Assembly: GCA_965112735.1 (NCBI GenBank)
Contig: OZ218956.1
Span: 3,100,001-3,164,000 of the forward strand
Reading direction: 5' to 3'
DNA length: 64,000 bases
Source of the DNA: Phaeosaccion multiseriatum
Lineage: Eukaryota; Protista; Ochrophyta, other classes
Every line of letters begins with the position of its first letter. Positions within the stretch are counted from its first letter, which is position 1. Below the pieces are notes generated by a model. It did not search any database and was not told where the DNA came from. It was given only the letters and a program-made list of their open reading frames with translations. Both the position numbers and the translations under genes were made by a program. Below, piece by piece: positions 56,401 through 64,000 of the stretch.

Positions 56401-59400
56401 GTCAGGGAAGTTGCATGCAGGTGTGTGAAAGCTAGTTTTGGTCCATGAATGAGAAGGCCCACAGCATGTCCATGCATATGTATGTACAGTATGTCAATGA
56501 AAGAACACACCTGTGGTGGCGCCGGTGGATATGATGAGGTAGGGCTCAAGGTACAGGTCCAAGTGCGCTTCTTGGAAGATGCGTCTGTTGAGCAGTTGGT
56601 GATATAGGGGAGGGGAGGATACAGGAGGGGAGGGGAGGGGAGGGGAGGGGGAGGGGGTTGAGCAGGCTTCAGGGGACATGAAGGAGGGAGGGCGGAATAT
56701 GCATATTCTCCCAAGGGGAGGGCAGCTCTTCATCTCGCTGACTTACTCAGAAATCCACACCACACTGACTTACTGTACACTCTTTCACTCACTCACCTGG
56801 CGAGCTCAATGAGCTGAATAGCGCACACCTCCTGCCGTACATCGTCATTAGACTTGATGATGATGCTCACCAGATCCCAACTAAGGGGGGAGGGGGTATA
56901 CAGAGGGAGGGGGTGGGGGAGGAGGTGGGGTCGAAAGAGGTGGCGTCAGGGGGTTGCTTCTTGCTTTCTCTTTCACTCCCTCCCTCCCTCCCGCCCGCCC
57001 GTCCTCCCTGCCTCCCTCCTTTCCTCCCTCCCGCCCTCCCCCTTCCCTCCCTCCCCCCTCCCCTCCCTCCCTCACTCCCTCACTCCCTCACTCCCTCCCT
57101 CCCCCCTCCCGTCCCGTCCGGTGCTTACCCCTTCTCCTCTCCGAATGGGCTTGCGGCCTTGATGCGAGCACGTTTGCTCTCCCATGACTCGCCAAAGGCC
57201 TGACTCACGCAGAACTGTAGAGAAAGGGGGGGGGAATGTAAGCCCCACCTGTATACTGCCATCCGCTGCCATTCTTCTCCTGCCATCCCCATAACCATCC
57301 GTTGCCATCCATCCCCTGCCATCCTGTGCCATCCATCCCCTGCCATCCAGTGCCATCCATCCGTTGCCATCCAGTGGCTTAGCCATCCCTTGCCATCAAT
57401 TCCCTGCCATCCCCATAACCATCCCCTGCCATCCATCCCCATAGCCATCCCTTGCCATCCATCCCCTGCCATACCCCACCATCCATCCCCTGCCATCCGC
57501 TGCCATCCATCCCCATAACCATCTGCTGCCATCCATCCCCATAAGCATCTGCTGCCATCCATCTCCTGCCATCCGCTGCCATTCATCCCCTGCCATCCGC
57601 TGCCGTCCTTCCCCGTTTCCCTTAACCCATCCGCTGCCATCCATCCATTCCCCTAAGCATCGAACCTGCCATCCGCTGCCATTCCCCCTCACCTGAACGT
57701 CCAAATGCGCATTGTCCTCCACCACCTTGGCGAACTTTCGATCGTGTTCAATGACTTCATCGAGCTCTTGCTGACTTATGACCCGGGATAGAAACAGGCT
57801 TCTTGCCTGGGACACCGCATTGGACTCCTGCTGAGGGGGTAGAGTGTCGCTGGGAAGGGGAGGAAGGGAGGGGAGGAAGGGAGGGGAGGGAGGGAGGGGA
57901 GGAAGGCGAGGGAGGGAGAGAAGGGAGGGAGGGGAGGGAAGGAGAGAGGCAGGAGGGGAGGAAGGAGGGGAGGAAGGAGGGGAGGAAGGGCGGGAAGGGA
58001 TAGAAGGGAGGGAGGAGGGGGGGAAGGAGGGGAGGAACGGAGGGAAGGGAGGGAGGAGAGGGAGGAAGAGAAGGGAGGAGGGGGGGAAGGAGGGGAGGAA
58101 GGAGGGGAGGGAGAGAGGGGGGGAGAGAAGGGAGGGAGGAGAGGGAGGGAGAGAAGGGAGGGAAGGGAGGGAGGAAGAGAGGGAGGGAGGGAGGGGGAGA
58201 GGGTGTAAGGGAAGAAAGAGGCGGGCAGGGGGGGGGGGGGGGGTGTTTATGAGGGGCGGAGAGGGATATGAGAGACAGATGAGATGGACGGCAGGGAAGA
58301 AGAGAGAAGAGATAGAAGGCTCATGAAATGGAGGGCCAGCGAGAATGAAAAAGGAAATGTGCACCTCCACAGAGTAAAAAGTCGAGTATGGAAGGAGCCG
58401 CGAACGACCAAACCACTCACCCGTCCTCCCCCGCGGCGCCGACCACTGTGTAATCCGCGGTGGTCGCCAGTCCCTCCACCGGGTACGACGACGCTGGACC
58501 ATCCACCGCTGCCCCCGCCGCCTCTGCCGCTGCCGTATCACCAACTGCTGTGGCTGCTGCTGCTTCTGCCGCCAGCTGCTGCTGCTCGTGCCCCCCTCGC
58601 CATGCCGCCACAGCCGGAGAGAGAGAGAGGGATGGCCTGCCCCCCCCCCCTCCTCCTCCTCCTCCTCCTCCTCCTCCTCCTCCTCCTCCTCCTCCTCCTC
58701 CTTCCCGTCCAGAGGAGGAGTCTCCAGCCCCCCCCGGCCCTGAGTCTGTGTGTGTGTGTGTTTGCGGCGTTACAGAAGACGAGGCGAGGACTTGTGCGTG
58801 CGTAACAAAGAAAGATTCTGAGAAAACGGAACTCACACCTTTCCATTCCCACCCTCCCTCTTGTGTGTGTGTGTGTGTGCGTGTGTGTGTCTGTATGTGT
58901 GTATGTGTCTGTCTGTGTGTGTGTGTGTGTGTGTGCGTGTGTGTGTCCTGTATGTGTGTATGTGTCTGTCTCTGTGTATGTGTGCGCGTGCGTGTGTATC
59001 CCGACTGGGACATGTTCATTTGGCTTATCACGCGAAGTGCCTGTACAACCAACTCACTCACTCACTCACTCACTTTTTGTGAGAGTAAGGGAAAGGTCCG
59101 CACTGGCCTCTCCCCCCATGCTGCGCAGGATGGCGTGTGAGCTGCGGTGCTTCTGAAGTAACTGACCAACGTCCTCGAAGCTTTCAAGTGTGGGTGGAAG
59201 AACGGACGGACGGGAGAGAAGGGGGGGAGGAAGAGAGAGAGGGAGGGAGGGAGGGGCAGTGAGATGAGAGAGGTGGAGTGTGGTGAGAGAGGGTGGGAGA
59301 GAGAGTGGGAGAGAGAGGGGGGGGGAGAAGAGTGGGAGCGAGATGCGCAACGGGATGAGAGGGAGAGAGACAGAGAGAGAGGGAGGGAGACAAAGAGAGG

Positions 59401-62400
59401 GAGAAAGACAGATAGAAAAAGTGGGAGAGAGAGGGAGGGAGAAAGATCAAGAGGGGAAAGCGAGAGGGAAAGGGAAAAGAGAGGAAAACGTAGGGGAAAG
59501 AGAGGCAGCATAAATAAAAGACAACCCCAATAAAGCAAGCAAGTAGTGAAGCAATCAAACAATCAGTTACTCACTCCCCATCCTTCTCCCTCTCCCCCCC
59601 CCCCCCACCCCTGCCCCCCTCCTCCCGTCCCTCTTTTGTTCCCTCACCTTTGACTCTTCCGATTCGAGGCTCCGAGGGCCGTTCCCCGGCGCACTGGTGA
59701 CGTCACAGCTGGCGGTAGGAGGATTGGTTGTTCGCCGTCCTCCCCCCCCGGCACCCACTGCAGCCCCTCCCCTCTTCCGTCGCCAAGTGGAGGCGTTACG
59801 TAGCCTGGGCCGCCGCCGTCGGAGTCGGAGGCTTCCCTTGTTTCCCCTCCTTTCCCCCCCGTGGATGATGATTCCACTCTTTCTCTCTCCTTCTCCTCCT
59901 TGACCCCGCTGCTGCTGCTGCTGCTGCTGTGACCACTATCTACTAGTGATGTTGTCGCGTCATCATCATCATCCTCCTCCTCCTCCTCCTTCTCCTCCCC
60001 ACCCCCATTCCCATCCTCGCTGCCGAGCTGGAGCTCTTGCATCTTCAAGGTCGCCACCTCTTCCTCCCCTCCTACTTGCTCTTCCCCCCCACCCCCCCCA
60101 CCACCACCACCACTGCTGCTCTCTCTCCCTCTCCTTCTGCGGCGCTGGGTCCTCACACCACCATCCTGATCCCCTTCTCCCTTTAGCTGCCCTTCCTCTT
60201 CCTCGTCGCTCTCCCCCACCTTGCCCTTGTCATCTCCTCCTTCCCCTTCCATTCGTCCCTCCTTCCCTGCTGTGGTGGCCGTGGTGGTGTTGGTACTCCG
60301 ACCACCTCCACTGCTCGAATTCACAGCTGGCCCATCTGAGAGGCAGCGCTGTAGACCCTGCACGTTGATTATGCTCGTCACCTCATCCAAATTGGCATAA
60401 AATGGTTCGCTCACACCCCTCTCTCCTAACGCTGGCACCAGCTGAGGCGGAACAAGAGGCACGGCAACACTCACCTCTTCCTCCTCCCCCTCCCCAATAG
60501 CCCCCTGACCGCTATGTTGCCTCTTTCTATTGCCCCTCCCGAGCGACGCCGACGAAGACAACGCCTTCGACAAGAGCCGCTGAGAAGCAGCGGCAGCAGC
60601 ACTACTCGCACTCCTCCCCCCCCCACCACCATCATCACCACTACCTCCCCCGCCCTCCCCCGCTGCCCGACCTTCCGTGGTCTCACCGTTCCCAGCCCCA
60701 GCCCCTTCCGGGGCACCGCCACCGCCGCCGGATGAAGAAGCAGAAGAGCTATTACTACCGCTGTTGCTGGTGCTGTTGCTGTTGCTGCTTCGACCCTGAC
60801 CCTGACACAAGGGAGCAAGTACCTCACACACAATGAGGGTTGGAGCCCTCTCCTTGGTCTTGAAGACATGCCCTTCGTCCACGGGGATGCGAGCAATGGG
60901 GCGAATGGGGTCAGACCCCTGGCACACAGGCAGGTAGCCGGGCGTTCGCTGGTATGGTGGCCCTCTTCCTCCTCCTCGTCCTCCTCCTCCTCCTGCTCCT
61001 CGTCCTCTTCCTGCTCGTCCTGCTCCGGAGGAGGATTCGAGCCCTCCGTCACCACCGCTGTTCTTGTTCTTGTTGCTGTTCTTGTTGCTGTTGTTGTTGC
61101 CACGCGGGCGGGACAGGGTAGGCGGGGGGCGGACAGGCGAGTGCGGAGGAGATGGGGGGTGGCCAGAGGAGGAAGACAGAGACCAGGCCGGCGATACTCG
61201 AGACGGTGGAGAGAGTGGACGCTGGTGGTGGTGATGATGATGCTGATGTTGATCATCATCATGCTGATCATCACTGTGAACATGGTGCTCCAACAGGGCT
61301 TCCACAGAGCCCGAGCCCTGGCTGTGCGATGCTTGTCGTTGGCTCCCGTGACCATGTCGATGCGGAGAGGCAGACGACGATTGAAGGTATTTCTCCTGCT
61401 CGTGCCCCTGCCGCTCCTGTGCAGTGGTAGTGGTAGTAGCACTAGTGTCACGGGTTGTACAAGACGAAGAGGAGGAGCAAGAGGAGGAGGAGGAGGAGGA
61501 GGAGGAGGAGGAGGATGGCAACCCCTCGAGCTCCTCTAACTTGGTCTGGAGCACTCGGGATCGATGCTCCACCGGGTACACGAAGCGAAGGGCCTCTGCA
61601 ATGTCCGTGAGACATGCCACGAACGCAAGCTGCTCCTCAAAGTACCTGGGACGAAGATGAGATGGCAGTGGATGGGTGGATGTAAGAGGATGGCAGTGGA
61701 TGGGTGGATAGAAGAGGATGGCAGTGGATGGGTGGATGTAAGAGGATGGCAGTGGATGGGTGGATAGAAGAGGATGGCAGTGGATGGGTGGATGTATATA
61801 AGAGGATGGCAGTGGATGGGTGGACATAAGAGGAAGGGCAGTGGATGGGTGGACATAAGAGGAAGGGCAGTGGATGGGTGGAAAGAAGAGGATGGCAGTG
61901 GATGGGTGGATAGAAGAGGATGGCAGTGGATGGGTGGATAGAAGAGGATGGCAGTGTGTGACATAAGAGGAAGGGCAGTGGATGGGTGGATATAAGAGAA
62001 TGGCAGTGGATGGGTGGACATAAGAGGATGGCAGTGGATGGGGAGTGAATGAGGAAGGCAAGCTTCTCCTCGAAGTACCTATGGTATGGTAAGTGAGTGA
62101 GTGAAGGAGGGAGTCAGGATGGCAGTGGATGGATATAGGTAGGGTGCAAATGGATGATGGGCAAGGAATGAGGAAAGAGGACAAGCAAGGTGCTCCTCGC
62201 CTCACACAAGTACCCACCCACCCTACCCTACCCCTGCGGTACCACACCACACCTGGTGGACTGTAGCCTCTGCATGTACTCCTCCTCCTCCTCCTCCTCG
62301 CTCCCATCCGCACTGCCCCCCCTCATCAACAACATGTCCATCAGGGGCGGGTCCATAACCGTGGGCATGTTGAGCTTGACCTGAAAGCCCAAAAAGAACT

Positions 62401-64000
62401 CTCGGCTCGCCATCCGCCTTAGAATTTGCAATTTGAGCATCTGATCGGCAATGAGGCTGCTTTGCGCGCCAGTCGGGTGCAAGAGAGCGTTGAACACCCT
62501 TCGGCCCGCTGCGGGGAGGAAGGCGTCGCCTTCGTACCAGCTCTTCTTGTCCCTTTCTCCTCCTTCTCCTCCTCCTCCTCCTCCTCCTCCTCCTCCTCCT
62601 CCTCCCCACCCTCCTCCTTCACCCCCTCCACCTCCTCCCCCTCCTCCTCCTCCTCCTCCTCCTCCTCCTCCTCCTCCTCCTCCTCCTCCTCCTTCACCTC
62701 CTCCTCGCCGATGCCTAAAGGGACTTGTCATGGGGCTTCGGGAAGAGCTCTTCGCCCTTGCCGATGGAAGCCCCCCCACATCTGCTGCACTATCGACATC
62801 GACATCGATATCGATATCCTCAAGAGACACGTCCTCCATACCCTCCCCTCTCGACCCGTCACTCTCATCCTCTCCTGCCCCTCCCCCTGTCCTCTCGGGC
62901 ATGGAAATGAATGGGAAGGCGCGTGGGGTGGGTTTAGGCTCTCTGCCTTGCGCTCGCATGGCTGCCTGGAACTCCGAGTGGCGCTGAGAGGAGTGCTGAT
63001 CGGCCGCGAGGATGGACTCCTCCACCTCAATGGCCAGACGGATCAGATGCACCTGTCGTGCGTTAGTGCGTGCGTGCGTTACGATATTACGTTACGTTAC
63101 GTTACGTTACGTTACGTTAGGGGGCAAGTACGGTCGTTGGTCCGAGGGGGAACATTTCGTTAGGGCGGGGGGCGGTTTTAAGGTGGAGGTTTGAGGGGAG
63201 TAGGCAGGCAGGGCGGGTACGGTCGTTGGGAGGGAGGAGGGCAGGTCAGTTGGGAGGGAGGGGGGCGGGGTACCAGCGTTTGGCCGAGGGGGCATCAGAG
63301 AGCTAACAAGGGGGGCGGGTGTACGTTCGATCGCTAGTCTGAGAGAGAGAGAGAGAGAGAGAGAGAGGAGGAGGAGGAGGAGGGGAGGAGAAAGAAACGC
63401 TCTAGTCCGAGAGGGAGTACCTACCACCCCTACAGTGAGGGAGTACGTACCACCCCTACCACCCCTCTCTCTCACACACACACGCTTGTCTCACCTCGCG
63501 GCCACTCCCATCGGAGTCGTACAGCAGCGGCAAGCCTCTCCTGCTCATATCCTCCAGATACCCGTTGATCCACCACACCAGCCTCACAGCCAAGTGCACA
63601 CTGCGCAAGCATACGGACAGGAGGAAGTCTTCAAGCAACTCCATCTTGAGGATCCCTTCGAAGGTGAGGGCGGGGCCCATGAGGTAGTACGTGTGAATGA
63701 TCTGCGGCCAGAAGAAGTCAATGCCATCGAGGCCACCTGCCCGACCCGCAATCTCGTGCAGGTAGGTGACCACGAAGTGAAACTCATGTACGGAGAAGCT
63801 GACGGAATGTGCCGAGTCGTGCATGAGCTTGATGAGGCTCAGAAGGTCATCGGACACACTGCCGAGCATCTTGCGTCGCATGGCGTGCACTCGGTTGGCG
63901 GCTTCGTCCCTCTGGAAGAGCTGCTCTGCCCGCACCAGTTCACTGAACTCCTCAGGGCTGATGAGCTGCTGCTCCAGCAGACCTAGACCCGTCTGCAGCG
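53474..64000 (-). CDS. Phosphatidylinositol 4-kinase III beta (PIK1-like); 5' end beyond the window
   Basis: [76 protein letters not shown]...ETSPFKLT; terminal exon ...[16 protein letters not shown] at 53474. Confidence 0.93.
53855..54082. repeat. Intronic 9-bp minisatellite (GGAGTGGAT)n
   Basis: Directly visible in a PI4K intron. Confidence 0.9.
54440..54836. repeat. Intronic 23-bp minisatellite (GGATGGCAGCAGATGCATGGGGAT-like, ~17 copies)
   Basis: Directly visible in a PI4K intron. Confidence 0.92.
57256..57685. repeat. Intronic degenerate (CTGCCATCCATCCC)-core minisatellite
   Basis: Directly visible; reverse orientation of the GGATGGCAG core. Confidence 0.85.
61660..62042. repeat. Intronic ~28-bp minisatellite (GAGGATGGCAGTGGATGGGTGGATA(G)AA-like)
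   Basis: Directly visible in a PI4K intron; makes up the spurious N-terminal part of ORF 59644-62313. Confidence 0.9.

Overview
Gene-dense, intron-rich eukaryotic nuclear DNA, GC-rich with introns full of microsatellites and minisatellites. It most likely comes from a mannitol-producing stramenopile/ochrophyte alga; this is inferred from an algal-type M1PDH and a long CD36 protein. Genes assembled by hand from GT-AG exons: CAPZB (5' part), a coiled-coil tail-anchored protein, 14-3-3, mannitol-1-phosphate dehydrogenase, DSS1/SEM1, TMEM256/DUF423, sterol C24-methyltransferase, a ~1500-aa CD36/LIMP-II protein, a TKL kinase (frameshifted in a poly-G run), a BAR-SH3 protein, kinesin-6 and a PI4-kinase beta (5' end outside the window). 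The most striking feature is an inverted pair of intronless PPR-SMR genes (34422-37085 + and 50949-53198 -). They are built from near-identical 105-bp repeat modules (20 vs 16 motifs), and much of their variation, including between the copies, falls on the RNA-specificity residues 5/35. This is a candidate TALE-like, recombination-reprogrammed organellar RNA endonuclease system. Also notable are a dispersed 13-15-bp motif (CAGTTGGTGATACAG) found in exons in two frames, in introns and intergenically, and a family of palindromic MITE-like elements sharing a GCCGGCTGGCGCCGGC core and ...TCAGGGG(T/C)CGA ends.
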